A stretch of 64,000 bases of DNA. Origin: Myxococcales bacterium. GTDB taxonomy: Bacteria; Myxococcota_A; Polyangia; Polyangiales; Polyangiaceae. Positions 32,208 to 42,620 of this stretch are shown one piece after another. How positions within the stretch are numbered: the first letter of the stretch is position 1; each line of letters starts with the position of its first letter. The DNA is taken from positions 1-64,000 of the forward strand of contig JAYTOU010000003.1 in assembly GCA_043747615.1 (NCBI GenBank), written 5' to 3'. The notes under the pieces were generated by a model that did no database searches, had not been told where the DNA came from, and was given only the letters and a program-made list of their open reading frames with translations. Made by a program: the position numbers and the translations under genes.

Positions 32208-32902
32208 TGACCACGCGCCGCAGCTCACCGTCGGGTAACGCAAAGCGCGTCGCGCGCGCCGAGCGCCGCCGCACCCTTGCCGAAGACGCCCTCAACATTC
32301 CGAACCTGCTCACCATGGGGCGGGTGGTGATGATCCCGGTGTTCATTTATTTCCTGGATCGGCAGACGCCCGTCGACTGCTTCTGGGCTGCCATCATCTT
32401 CACGCTGGCGGCGCTCACCGATGCCCTCGACGGCTACCTAGCGCGAAAGCTCAACGTAGTGAGCGTGCTCGGGAAACTGCTGGATCCGCTGGCCGATAAG
32501 CTGATCGTGATGGCATCCTTGGTCTGGATGGTGCCGATGGGACGGATCCCCGCGTGGGTCGTGGTGCTCCTTCTCGCGCGCGAGATCAGCGTCACCGGTC
32601 TTCGCAGCGTGGCCGCGAGTGAAGGCGTCGTCATCAGCGCGGGCCAAGAGGGAAAGACGAAGACCGCGCTTCAGATGATCGGCACGATCTGCTTGGTGCT
32701 CGGCTACCCGTACCATCTGTCGTACCTTGGCCTCGATCTCGGCGTGGTCGATCTCGTTCATGTAGGGCGGATGCTAATCTACTTGTCGCTCGTCTTCTCG
32801 GTAGCGAGCGCCGCGCAATACATCGGTCTCTTCAGCGCGGCGGTGGACGCAAAGGACCTCAAGCTCAAAGAATCGCCCTCGGTCACCGACCTCGACGCGT
32901 GA
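32207..32902 (+). CDS. pgsA: CDP-diacylglycerol--glycerol-3-phosphate 3-phosphatidyltransferase
   Basis: NIPNLLT, TDALDGYLARK...GKLLDPLADK, GKTKTALQM. Confidence 0.93.
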   Translation: MTTRRSSPSGNAKRVARAERRRTLAEDALNIPNLLTMGRVVMIPVFIYFLDRQTPVDCFWAAIIFTLAALTDALDGYLARKLNVVSVLGKLLDPLADKLIVMASLVWMVPMGRIPAWVVVLLLAREISVTGLRSVAASEGVVISAGQEGKTKTALQMIGTICLVLGYPYHLSYLGLDLGVVDLVHVGRMLIYLSLVFSVASAAQYIGLFSAAVDAKDLKLKESPSVTDLDA

Positions 32903-33312
32903 GGACTGCCACCTTGAAAAAACTACTCATCCTTCCGCTGCTCGTCGTCGCGTGTGGTGGAAAATTGACCGGCGCTTTTCCAGATGCGTCAATGGATTCG
33001 GGCGATACGGCCGACGCTGGCACCGCCGACGCGGTGACCGACGACACCTGCATTCAGCTGCTCAAAGCGCTCGAGACGCTGCGCCAGGAAGCGCGAACTT
33101 GCTGCGCCACCTGCGGCTCGCTGCAATGCGACGTCTCTGCGGAAGACATTTGCTGCCCGATCAGCGTGACCGGAAAGCGCCTAGCCACGGCGAAGTTCGT
33201 GGAGGCAGTGCATTCCTTCAAGGCCCAGTGCCATCCGGCATGCCCCGCGAGCCCCTGCCCGCTCGTTCCGTCGGGAAACTGCAACCCCACGTCGAGTCTC
33301 TGCCAGCCCTAG
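32899..33312 (+). CDS. Small Cys-rich lipoprotein
   Basis: Lipobox VVA-C, DAG linker, 12 further Cys (CCATC, CCP, CHPACPASPC). Confidence 0.7.
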   Translation: MRTATLKKLLILPLLVVACGGKLTGAFPDASMDSGDTADAGTADAVTDDTCIQLLKALETLRQEARTCCATCGSLQCDVSAEDICCPISVTGKRLATAKFVEAVHSFKAQCHPACPASPCPLVPSGNCNPTSSLCQP

Positions 33313-33360
33313 GAGCTTCGCGGAAATCAACGCCGTTTACGGACGTGCTAAGAAGCGACC

Positions 33361-33795
33361 ATGCTCGTCGACACGATCAAGGCCCAAGCGCTCCAGGCGA
33401 TGAAGGCCAAGGATGCTCTCGCTACGTCCATTCTCCGTCTCGCGTTGGGTGAGGTTCAAACTGCGGAGGCGCGCACCAACCGAAAGGCCACCGATGACGA
33501 GGTCACCGCGGTGGTGCGAAAGCTCATTAAGTCGAACGACGAGACACTCGCGGTCGCGGTCGACGAGGATCAGAAGCGCACGCTTGGGCGCGAAAACGCC
33601 GTTCTTGCCGCGCTCCTTCCGGCAACGCTCACTCCGGAGCAGATCGCAGAGTCGCTCGCTCCGGTCGCTGCGGCGATCCGTGAAGCGAAGAGCGAGGGGC
33701 AGGCCACCGGTGTCGCGATGAAGCACCTGAAGACTACGGGCGCGGTCGTGTCCGGAACTGCCGTGGGCGCTGCGGTGAAACAGATCCGCGGCTGA
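33361..33795 (+). CDS. GatB/YqeY domain protein
   Basis: AMKAKD...LRL...VRKLIKS...E..VL..LLP..L pattern. Confidence 0.85.
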   Translation: MLVDTIKAQALQAMKAKDALATSILRLALGEVQTAEARTNRKATDDEVTAVVRKLIKSNDETLAVAVDEDQKRTLGRENAVLAALLPATLTPEQIAESLAPVAAAIREAKSEGQATGVAMKHLKTTGAVVSGTAVGAAVKQIRG

Positions 33796-34002
33796 CGATT
33801 CTGCGAAGCGCGAACGTGTCGTCACGCGCGGATCGGCACTTGCTCAGGTGGGGCGGCCAGCGTCCATGGCCTTGGCGTGAGAATGGAAAGATGCAGCTTG
33901 CTCACGCCCGAAATCCCTTGGATCGCCTTGAATTTGGCTTGATCCGCCTTCAGCAACGTTGGGTACGGCACGTGCTGAGCATGTGGGGGGGAGCGTGACC
34001 AA

Positions 34003-34593
<591 letters not shown>

Positions 34594-34643
34594 GTTCGAA
34601 AAAGCGCTTCCGCGGTTCGCGCTGACGGTAGCATCGGAGGTGG

Positions 34644-35480
34644 ATGCCGAACCTCGACCTCGCGCGAAAAGACGACCTGTCCAGCTTTCGGAAGATCGCG
34701 ATCGGAACGTGGCAGACCGCGTACGATCCGTCGGTCTACGGCACGATGGATCTGCGGATGGACGAGGCCTTGCGCTACATCAAGGCCTTCCGCGAGAAGA
34801 CCGGACGCCGCCTCACCGTCTCTCACCTGATGGCCAAGGCCGCTGCGGCGGTCATGAAGGCGTGCCCGGACGCGAACGCCGTCATGCGCTGGAATCGGAT
34901 CTACCTGCGCAAACGGATCGGTATCTTTTTTCAGGTCGTGATGACGGACGAAGGGGACGGAAAGGCGGACCTCTCCGGCGCCACGCTCTACGACGTCGAG
35001 GAAATGTCGCTCGTAGAAATTTGCGACGAGTTCGAGAGGAAGGTCGACCTCGTTCGTAAACGCAAAGATCCCGCGCTCGAGAAAACCCGTGGGACATTCC
35101 TGGCGGTGCCGTTCTTCGCCCTCAACCGACTGCTGAAGCTCATCTCGTTCTTCAGCTTCACGCTCAACCTCGATCTACGCTGGGCGGGGATCCCGAGCGA
35201 CCCGTTCGGCAGCATGATGATCACGAACGTCGGAACCCTCGGCCTCGACGTGGCCTATGTGCCGCTCGTTCCCTACGCACGCGTGCCGATCCTCCTCGCC
35301 GTCGGCGCGGTCAAAGAGAAACCGATCGTCGATTCGGGCGCCATCGTCGTGGCGAACATGATGGCGGTGAGCGCGACCTTCGACCATCGCGTGATCGACG
35401 GATTCCACGCCTCGGTCATGTCGAAGGTCCTCAAGGCTTGGCTCGAGCAACCATTCGAACACTTCGACAAGCTAGGGTGA
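34644..35480 (+). CDS. 2-oxoacid dehydrogenase E2-like acyltransferase, catalytic domain only
   Basis: ITNVGTLG, ILLAVG, TFDHRVIDG; no lipoyl domain. Confidence 0.85.
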   Translation: MPNLDLARKDDLSSFRKIAIGTWQTAYDPSVYGTMDLRMDEALRYIKAFREKTGRRLTVSHLMAKAAAAVMKACPDANAVMRWNRIYLRKRIGIFFQVVMTDEGDGKADLSGATLYDVEEMSLVEICDEFERKVDLVRKRKDPALEKTRGTFLAVPFFALNRLLKLISFFSFTLNLDLRWAGIPSDPFGSMMITNVGTLGLDVAYVPLVPYARVPILLAVGAVKEKPIVDSGAIVVANMMAVSATFDHRVIDGFHASVMSKVLKAWLEQPFEHFDKLG

Positions 35481-35809
35481 CGCAGCTCATCGCAGTTGCC
35501 GTGGTGGTCGCGCTCACCGCGCTTTGGTTCGCTGCGCGACGCGCGGTCACCGTGTGCGTTGCTCGCGTAACGGACGGCAAGCTTCATGTGGTGCGCGGCG
35601 CTCTTGCACCCCGCATCCTCGCCGACCTCGGGGACGTGATGCGACGGCCGCGCGTTCGGTCGGCGGAGCTCCGGATCGTTCGGGCCGATCGGCTCGCAAA
35701 GGTGGAGATGAGCGGCGACCTTACCCCCGCGCAGCAGCAGCAAGTGCGGAATGTCGTCGGCTCCGTCCCCCTGGCGCGGCTCGCCAACACCCGAAAAAAA
35801 TCGGGGTGA
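35477..35809 (+). CDS. Small membrane-anchored protein (DUF3634-like)
   Basis: GTG 35477 overlaps the upstream stop; N-terminal TM, DGKL.VVRG, QQQQVRNV. Confidence 0.6.
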   Translation: MTQLIAVAVVVALTALWFAARRAVTVCVARVTDGKLHVVRGALAPRILADLGDVMRRPRVRSAELRIVRADRLAKVEMSGDLTPAQQQQVRNVVGSVPLARLANTRKKSG

Positions 35810-35886
35810 ATGAACGGTGGCCGCCCGCCGTCAGACGAAAGGCCGAAAACACGCCAGTCGTCCCCCGACGGAGGTACGCTCATCCG

Positions 35887-36627
35887 ATGCGAAGCATCCT
35901 CATCCCCGCTTTCTGCACGCTCACGTTCTTCTCGGTAGGCGCCTCTGCGCAGCACGACATGCCTCCGACACCGCCGCCTCCGATGGACCACGGGTCCCCA
36001 CCGCCAGCCGCCGCAGCGAGCGCGAGCCCTCCGATGATGCATGGCCAGCCGCAGCCCGCACCGATGGATCACGGCCAGCCTCCACCGCCGATGGACCACG
36101 GCCAGCCCCAACCCGCAGCTGCAAGCGCGCTCCCTCCGATGGTGCACGGCACTCCGCCGCCCATGCTCCACGGTAGTCCTCTCACCCCCCAGCCTGCGGG
36201 CGGCATGGGTGGCATGGGTGGCATGGGTGGCCCAGCAGCCGCAGGCGGCGGAATGGCTGGAATGGGTCACGGCATGCCCGTCGACGCAGGCCCTCCCCCG
36301 CCTGATCCCATCATCGTTGCCGCCGCCGATCCCACGGAGCAAGCGCGGATTCGCAGTGAGTACGTCAAGCGAACCAACAGCCAGATCCGCTCCGTCGTCC
36401 TCGTGAACAACAAGACGGTAAGCCCCGACGAGCAGAAGGTCGTCGCGGCTCACTGGCACGACTCGATGTTCCTCCTTCGCATCCGCGAGGTCGCCGCCGC
36501 CGACAACAACAAGCCCGCCGTCCAGCGCTGCGACGACGCCCTCGATGCGTCGGATCAGCGATTTTACAACAGGCTCAAGCAGCTGAACGCGCAAGCGCCT
36601 GCCGCCGCTGCGGCCCTGACGCCGTAG
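35887..36627 (+). CDS. Secreted protein with Met/His-rich PPMxHG repeats and C-terminal helical domain
   Basis: Signal peptide ASA-Q; MDHG, MMHG, MDHG, MDHG, MVHG, MLHG, MGHG; GGMGGMGGMGG. Confidence 0.7.
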   Translation: MRSILIPAFCTLTFFSVGASAQHDMPPTPPPPMDHGSPPPAAAASASPPMMHGQPQPAPMDHGQPPPPMDHGQPQPAAASALPPMVHGTPPPMLHGSPLTPQPAGGMGGMGGMGGPAAAGGGMAGMGHGMPVDAGPPPPDPIIVAAADPTEQARIRSEYVKRTNSQIRSVVLVNNKTVSPDEQKVVAAHWHDSMFLLRIREVAAADNNKPAVQRCDDALDASDQRFYNRLKQLNAQAPAAAAALTP

Positions 36628-36637
36628 GGCACGGGTC

Positions 36638-37192
36638 GTGTCTCGTCTACTGCGCTCGGGTTTAACTCTCCTCGGTTTCCTCGCGCCCGTCGTCGCGTGT
36701 AGCGGCTTCAGCCTTCGCGCAGACGGAGACGGCGGCGCCATCGTCTTCGCGACCGACGGCGGCGACGCAGGCCCGGGCGCGCTCACGTCGAACCCCGGTG
36801 CAATCTCCTGCGGGCAAGCAACCTGCACAGGCGCCCTCGGCACGCCGCTCGACGGACAAGACAGGCCGCTCTGCTGCGCGTTCGGCTCATCGTCGGGCCC
36901 CGGCTCCGCAGTGAAAGACACCTGCGTGAGCTCGATGGGCGCTTGCTCCTCCGGCGTCGCATTTTACTGCGACGAGACGAACGACTGCGTCGCGGGTCTC
37001 GGCCTCGTCTGCTGCGAAGGAACGGGTCGCGAGGCATTCAGCTGCCAACCAAACTGCAGCGGCGTTCGGCTTTGCAAGAGCAGCGTCGAGTGTGCGGCCG
37101 GGCTGCCGTGCACGGCCTACCGTTGCGACGGCCAGACGATCGGCGTTTGCGGGGTTCTCTCGGACGCAAAGCGAAAAGCGCTCGGCTGCTAG
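36638..37192 (+). CDS. Cys-rich lipoprotein
   Basis: Lipobox VVA-C; ISCGQATC...CC...CDETNDC...VCC...LCKSSVEC. Confidence 0.7.
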   Translation: MSRLLRSGLTLLGFLAPVVACSGFSLRADGDGGAIVFATDGGDAGPGALTSNPGAISCGQATCTGALGTPLDGQDRPLCCAFGSSSGPGSAVKDTCVSSMGACSSGVAFYCDETNDCVAGLGLVCCEGTGREAFSCQPNCSGVRLCKSSVECAAGLPCTAYRCDGQTIGVCGVLSDAKRKALGC

Positions 37193-37327
37193 GGCGGGCT
37201 CGCTCGTCGCGCACTCCGGTCGCGAAGCCTGGTCGCATAGCCTGTCGCGAGATCCCCCCGCGCCCCCGCAAAACGCCTTTCCACGGTCGAGCATCGAAGG
37301 TCGTGGCAGGAGCGATGCACCCTTTCC

Positions 37328-38080
37328 GTGCTAGAAGGGAGTGAGGATCAAGTGGGCGTTCCCGACGCAAAACGCGAAGAAACAGACAAGACGCCAGCTC
37401 TCCCGCCCGAGGCGTCGGCGCTTGCACGACTGAGGTCTCGCGTCATGCGCGCCGCGGTGGGAACGACGCTTCCGCAGTCGGTGCTCATCGCCCGCGGGAG
37501 CCATGCCAGACCAGACGGCGTCAAGCGGGTGGCGCTCACCTTTGACGACGGTCCCGACGAGATGACGCCGCAGTACCTCGCGCTGCTGGACCGCCTGGGC
37601 ATACGATGCACGTTCTTCCTCATCGGAAAGAACGCGGAGCTCCTTCCGTCGATGGTGAACGAGATCGTCGCGGCGGGCCACGAAGTCGCAGGCCACGGAT
37701 TCTCCCACCGATCGTTCCCGTCGCTCACGGTGCAAGAGCTCGTCGACGAGCTAATCCACACGAGCGATGCGCTTCCGCCGAGCGCCGGGGCCCGGCCTCT
37801 GGTGCGTCCGCCGTTCGGCCAAGTGAGCTTCGCCTCTTTGGTGCGAGTCGCGATCGCCGGATATACGACCGTCCTGTGGTCGTTCGATTCCGACGACTGC
37901 CGCACCTACGACGCAAAGGACGTCGAAGCGCGTCTCGACCCTTCGAACGTGGGGTCGGGCGAGATCGTCCTGATGCACGAGGGCCAGGCGTGGACCCTCG
38001 CGGCGCTCCCGGCGATCGTCGGCCGCCTGCGCGATGCGGGCTACGAGCTGGTCACCGTCGGCGATCTCGTGAGCTTTTGA
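37328..38080 (+). CDS. Polysaccharide deacetylase (CE4/NodB)
   Basis: ALTFDDGP, TFFLIG, HGFSH, RPPFG, VLMHE. Confidence 0.92.
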   Translation: MLEGSEDQVGVPDAKREETDKTPALPPEASALARLRSRVMRAAVGTTLPQSVLIARGSHARPDGVKRVALTFDDGPDEMTPQYLALLDRLGIRCTFFLIGKNAELLPSMVNEIVAAGHEVAGHGFSHRSFPSLTVQELVDELIHTSDALPPSAGARPLVRPPFGQVSFASLVRVAIAGYTTVLWSFDSDDCRTYDAKDVEARLDPSNVGSGEIVLMHEGQAWTLAALPAIVGRLRDAGYELVTVGDLVSF

Positions 38081-38084
38081 CAGC

Positions 38085-39137
38085 ATGGCCCGTACCCGAG
38101 TCTCTCAATTTCTCGACGGTGCCGGCGCGTTCTCGATGCTTCTGCGTCTGCGCAGTGCCGTACGCTCGGAGTGGCTCACGGTCCTCACGTACCATCGCGT
38201 CGCAAATCCGCGGGCCACATCGGCTGTCGACGACGAGGTGATTGACGCGCGACCCGACGCCTTCGACCGTCAGCTCGCGTACCTCGGACGCCATTGCAAC
38301 GTCGTCGAGCTCGATGAAGTCGTCGAATTTCGCAAGGGCAAGGCCCTTCCTCCGAACCCGGTTCTCGTCACGTTCGACGACGGCTACCTCGACAACATCG
38401 AGGTCGCCCTCCCCATACTGCAGCGCCACGGAATGAAGGCGGTCTTCTTCATCGCCACGTCGTACGTGAACGATCGCCGTCTGTTCTGGTGGGATCGCGT
38501 GAGCTACTTGCTCAAGCAGTCTACCAAAGAGGTGCTTGAGCTCACCTATCCGCGCATCATGAAGCTTCCTCTCGGTAAGGATCGTGAGAGCACTCGGCGC
38601 CGAATCCTGTCCGTAATAAAATTGCATTTCGGCCTTGATTTGCCGCGCTTTTTGGACGACTTGGCGAGAGCGTCGGGGGTGAGCCTGAGCGCCGAGTCGG
38701 AGCGGCAGATGGTCGACGAGCTCCTGATGACGTGGGACCACGTGCGGGCGTTGAAGCGCGCGGGCATGGCAGTCGAGTCCCACACCCGGACCCATCGTGT
38801 ACTTCAGACACTAACCGCCAAGGACCTAGCCGACGAGCTCGGCGGCTCGCGCGAAGAGCTCGAGGGCGTGCTCGGCTCGAAGGTCACGGCCGTCGCTTAC
38901 CCCGTCCGCGGGCTTCACTTCGCCGCCGAGGTACGAGCCGCCATTCGCGCTGCCGGATACGAGCTCGGATTCTCGACGGGCAGAGGGATGAATCACGCGT
39001 GGACGTTCGACCCTCTCGACGTCAAGCGCATCAGCCTGGAGCGCGATCTGCCGGACTCTTTCTTTCACGGCATGGTAGCCCTCCCTTATTTTGCGTACGA
39101 GCCAGATCCACGGGGACGAATCAGTCGTGTTGGGTGA
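38085..39137 (+). CDS. Polysaccharide deacetylase (IcaB-like type)
   Basis: VLTYHRV, VTFDDGY, FWWD, SHTRTH, AYP. Confidence 0.9.
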   Translation: MARTRVSQFLDGAGAFSMLLRLRSAVRSEWLTVLTYHRVANPRATSAVDDEVIDARPDAFDRQLAYLGRHCNVVELDEVVEFRKGKALPPNPVLVTFDDGYLDNIEVALPILQRHGMKAVFFIATSYVNDRRLFWWDRVSYLLKQSTKEVLELTYPRIMKLPLGKDRESTRRRILSVIKLHFGLDLPRFLDDLARASGVSLSAESERQMVDELLMTWDHVRALKRAGMAVESHTRTHRVLQTLTAKDLADELGGSREELEGVLGSKVTAVAYPVRGLHFAAEVRAAIRAAGYELGFSTGRGMNHAWTFDPLDVKRISLERDLPDSFFHGMVALPYFAYEPDPRGRISRVG

Positions 39138-40371
39138 GCCCGCGCCGCTCGAGATCAGGAGAGTCCACAGCGACGCAGCGTTCGACGCCCTAGTTCCTGC
39201 CTGGCGTGAGCTCCTCGGCCGCGTAAAAAATCCCACTGCGTCGATCACCCCGCTCTGGCTCGGGGCGTGGTGGCATACCTTCGGAGCGACGGACAAGAGG
39301 GCGCTGCGTGCGCTCTCGTTCTGGGAGGGCGAGCGCCTCGTCGCGTTCGCTCCGCTCCTGTCGCGTCTCGCGCGGCATCGTGGCGTGATCCCGTTTCGCA
39401 GGATCGAGCTGCTCGGCACGGGCGAGGACGAGGCGGACGAGATCTGTTCCGACTACGTTGGCGTCGTGGTCGAGAGCGGCGCGGAAGCACGCGTCGCCGA
39501 TGCCCTCGTCGGCGAGCTGAATGCGCCGGAGTTTGGTCCTTGGGACGATCTCGTCTTTGCGAACATGGAGGCTGACTCAACGTTCGTCACCTGCTTGCAG
39601 AGGGCGCTCGAGGCCACGGGAATGCAGGTGGAGACTGCGTCTCCGGGAGCGTGTCCTTACGTCGCCCTTCCCTCCACCTTCGACGCGTACGTAAAGATGC
39701 TCGATACGCGATCGCGCTACCTCGTCAACCGCGCGCTGCGCGAGCTCGACAAGTGGGCCGGCAAGGACGGATGGAAACTTCATCGCGCGTCCACACCCGA
39801 AGAGCTCGAGGAGGGAAAACGCGTTCTTCACGATCTCCATCAGGAGCGCTGGGCGTCGCAAGGACAGGACGGCGTCTTCGCGCGCGATCGCTTTCGCAAG
39901 TTCCACGACGAGGTGATGCCGGAGCTTCTCCGCGGAGTAGACGGTACGCTCGACCTCTTGTGGCTCACCGTGGGGGATCGCCCGGTGGCCGTGGTCTACA
40001 ACATCGTCTACGCGAACAAGGTCTTCCTGTATCAAAGCGGACGAACCGACGCGGTGCCAAAAAGCCTGCGTATTGGCTCGGCGATGAACATCCTCGCCAT
40101 CCGAGACGCGATCGAGAAGGGGCGATCGGAGTACGATTTTTTAAACGGCAACGTGCAGTACAAGCGGCAGCTATCAGTGGGACAGGTTCGGCAGCTCGTG
40201 ACGATTCGAGCGGTCGCTGCCTCCGCCCGAGCGCGCGCGCTCGAGGCCACCCGTAAGGCCGCCGACGGCATCATCGCTCGCGCCCGCACGCTGAAAGCCG
40301 CCATGTGCGAAGGCGGCTCCGGCGGCGACACACCCCCCGCAGACGACACGACCGAAGAGCCTGCGGCCTAA
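39127..40371 (+). CDS. GNAT acyltransferase, CelD/BcsL (Acetyltransf_6) type
   Basis: WLGAWW, CSDY, CPYVALPSTFDAY, LHQERW, YQSG, YDFLNG...YK. Start uncertain. Confidence 0.85.
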   Translation: MLGEPAPLEIRRVHSDAAFDALVPAWRELLGRVKNPTASITPLWLGAWWHTFGATDKRALRALSFWEGERLVAFAPLLSRLARHRGVIPFRRIELLGTGEDEADEICSDYVGVVVESGAEARVADALVGELNAPEFGPWDDLVFANMEADSTFVTCLQRALEATGMQVETASPGACPYVALPSTFDAYVKMLDTRSRYLVNRALRELDKWAGKDGWKLHRASTPEELEEGKRVLHDLHQERWASQGQDGVFARDRFRKFHDEVMPELLRGVDGTLDLLWLTVGDRPVAVVYNIVYANKVFLYQSGRTDAVPKSLRIGSAMNILAIRDAIEKGRSEYDFLNGNVQYKRQLSVGQVRQLVTIRAVAASARARALEATRKAADGIIARARTLKAAMCEGGSGGDTPPADDTTEEPAA

Positions 40372-41742
40372 TCAGGTTTCGACGATCGAGACGCGGTGCT
40401 TGCCGGCGGCTGTGAGTGCGATCTCTTGGACCTTCTCTATGCGGACTTCGACGCCCTTCAAGAAGCGTCCGCATTCTCGCCGCGTCTCCTCGAGGACGGC
40501 CTCGTTGAACGCTTCGCCCGGCACGACGCGCAACGTCACCGAGCGATCTTTGTGCTGCACGACCTGAAATTGACGAACGGCCGAGGCCAGGGCGGTGAAG
40601 AGCACGTTGAACACCAAGCCGGTGACCGCCGAGCCCTCCGCGTCTCGGAGGGTGTCCGCCGTGCGCCCATCGACGCTGGCGAGGCGCGGTAGGGTACGAC
40701 CACAAGAGCACCGCGTCGCAGGCCCGGCAATCGCGACGTCCCCATTTTTGTAGCGAATGAAGGGCATCCCGAAGTTGTGCAGATCGGTGATGACGACCTC
40801 GCCGCGCTCTCCCACGTTTGCCGGACGCGACGTGCCATCGGCTTCAGTGACCAAGACTTCGACGATCAAGTTCTCCATCGTGAGATGCAGACCGTCGTGG
40901 GCTTCGCACTCGCTCCCGATGAGCATCACTTCGCGGCAGCCGTACGTCTCGAACACCGAAGGGCCGAACGCAGCCTCGAGGGCCGTTCGATCGTTGGGGA
41001 AGAGTCGCTCCGCGCCGCAGATGACGCTGATGCGATCCCAGGTACGCAGACCGTTCTTGTTGATGAAGCGCGCGAGCTCCGCGCCAGCCTGGGTGTAGCA
41101 AACGAGCACCGAGGGGCGCTCCGTCGTGAGCGTGCGGACGGCCTGTCCGAGAACCTCGTCGCTCATCACGCCGCACGAAATGTACGTCTCGCGTTTGATC
41201 CAGCGATCGACGGCGATCTTCGCGCGCGTCTGGAAAGAGGGCCGGCGCTCGACCGGGGCACCCCAAAAATGGACCGCCTTGTCCCCGAGCTGGTAGCCGG
41301 CCCAGCCGTACCCGCGCAGCTTGGCGGCGTTCCGCCAGTACTCGCTGTCGAGGTCGTATCCGAAGAGCAGCGGCTGGCCGGTGGTGCCGCCCGTATTTTT
41401 TCGGATCGCGGTGAAGGGGGCCGCCGTCGACTCCCGATCTTTCGACCGTGCACGCGCTTCGTCGCGCGACAGGATCGGCATCTTGCGAAGATCTTCGGGG
41501 GTGCGAATGGCGGCGTCGGTGAGCCCCACCGACCGGAGTTTTTCGCGGTAGAGGGGCACGTTCGCGTAGGCGTGCCGCATCAGGCGCCGGAGCGCACCGG
41601 TCTGCATGGCGTGCAGCTCGTCGAGCGATCGCCATTGCGTCTTGTCCAGAAAGTCGCGGCGGTTGATGGTCGGCCGCCTTTTCACGCCCCTTTCCCAAGC
41701 CGGAAAGAGGAGAGACTGGAAGACTTTTCCGTAGAGGTTCAT
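40372..41742 (-). CDS. Phenylacetate-CoA ligase/CapK-like adenylate-forming enzyme
   Basis: HAYANVPLYR, NTGGTTGQP (P-loop), ETYGCRE, TDLHNFGMPFIRYKNGD, CSCGR..P.L..VDGR, AGKHR. Confidence 0.9.
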   Translation of the reverse strand: MNLYGKVFQSLLFPAWERGVKRRPTINRRDFLDKTQWRSLDELHAMQTGALRRLMRHAYANVPLYREKLRSVGLTDAAIRTPEDLRKMPILSRDEARARSKDRESTAAPFTAIRKNTGGTTGQPLLFGYDLDSEYWRNAAKLRGYGWAGYQLGDKAVHFWGAPVERRPSFQTRAKIAVDRWIKRETYISCGVMSDEVLGQAVRTLTTERPSVLVCYTQAGAELARFINKNGLRTWDRISVICGAERLFPNDRTALEAAFGPSVFETYGCREVMLIGSECEAHDGLHLTMENLIVEVLVTEADGTSRPANVGERGEVVITDLHNFGMPFIRYKNGDVAIAGPATRCSCGRTLPRLASVDGRTADTLRDAEGSAVTGLVFNVLFTALASAVRQFQVVQHKDRSVTLRVVPGEAFNEAVLEETRRECGRFLKGVEVRIEKVQEIALTAAGKHRVSIVET

Positions 41743-42620
41743 CGCGGTCTACGGCCTTGATAGGCTTTTTCGTCGACGAGATCGCGAAAAGCCTCGACTG
41801 CTTCCGGTAGGCCGATGGCGACCAGACCGGGGACCACGTCGTCGCGCATCCCCTCGAAGAATGCGTGGGCGTAGCCGGCCTCGGAGAGCGTGCCGAAATT
41901 CGGCGCAGGGGGGGCCTGCATCTCGGCGCGCGCCCAGTCGGGGCCTTTGTCTGCGCAAGAGAGGCGGCAGTAGTGCCTGAAGAGGCCAGGCAGTGAGGCT
42001 GCAAGGGCGCTCCGCTCGCGCGCGAACTCGGGGCCGTCGTCGCGCATGAGCAGCGCTGCGGCCTCCCAGCCGAACGCGGCGTGGAACGTCTCGTCGATCA
42101 CGATGGCCCGGACTGCTGCGCGGGCGAGGGGCACGGTCGCGGCGCGGTGGCACCCCCGAAACATGCGCCCGCTCAGCGTTTCTCCGATGCAGAACGCGGC
42201 GACGATGGTGTCTCGAACGTGCGCACGTAGCGAGCTCGCGCCCGACGCTAAGTGAAGGTGATCCGGCTCGATCTTTACGGGCTCGCTCGCGCCCAACGCT
42301 CCCGCCATTCGCGCGCAGATGTCGGTGTGGCGAACCTCGTCGGCGATCATCCGCGCAAAGGCACCCGACCAGTCGAGCGGTGCGCCGAGCAGGTGAACCT
42401 GGGACGCGAGCTGCGTGAAGAGCGCGAGTGAATGGTATTCCTGGATGACCCGCCCGTTCCAAGCAACACTCGCTTGCGCGAGGTCCTCGGCGTCGAAGAG
42501 CGAGGGATCGAAGTCGCTCCAGGCGATCGTTCCTCGCCGCGGCCGCGCGATAATCGCATGCGCTCGCGAGAGCTCGAGATCGTCATCGCCCGTCGTACGA
42601 CGAAGGGCGAACGACATCAC
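41739..42620 (-). CDS. Ferritin-like di-iron four-helix-bundle enzyme
   Basis: QEYHS ... ADEVRH ... IGETLS ... IDETFH matches the E/ExxH/E/ExxH dimetal ligand pattern; start GTG 42620 or ATG 42617. Confidence 0.85.
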   Translation of the reverse strand: MMSFALRRTTGDDDLELSRAHAIIARPRRGTIAWSDFDPSLFDAEDLAQASVAWNGRVIQEYHSLALFTQLASQVHLLGAPLDWSGAFARMIADEVRHTDICARMAGALGASEPVKIEPDHLHLASGASSLRAHVRDTIVAAFCIGETLSGRMFRGCHRAATVPLARAAVRAIVIDETFHAAFGWEAAALLMRDDGPEFARERSALAASLPGLFRHYCRLSCADKGPDWARAEMQAPPAPNFGTLSEAGYAHAFFEGMRDDVVPGLVAIGLPEAVEAFRDLVDEKAYQGRRPR

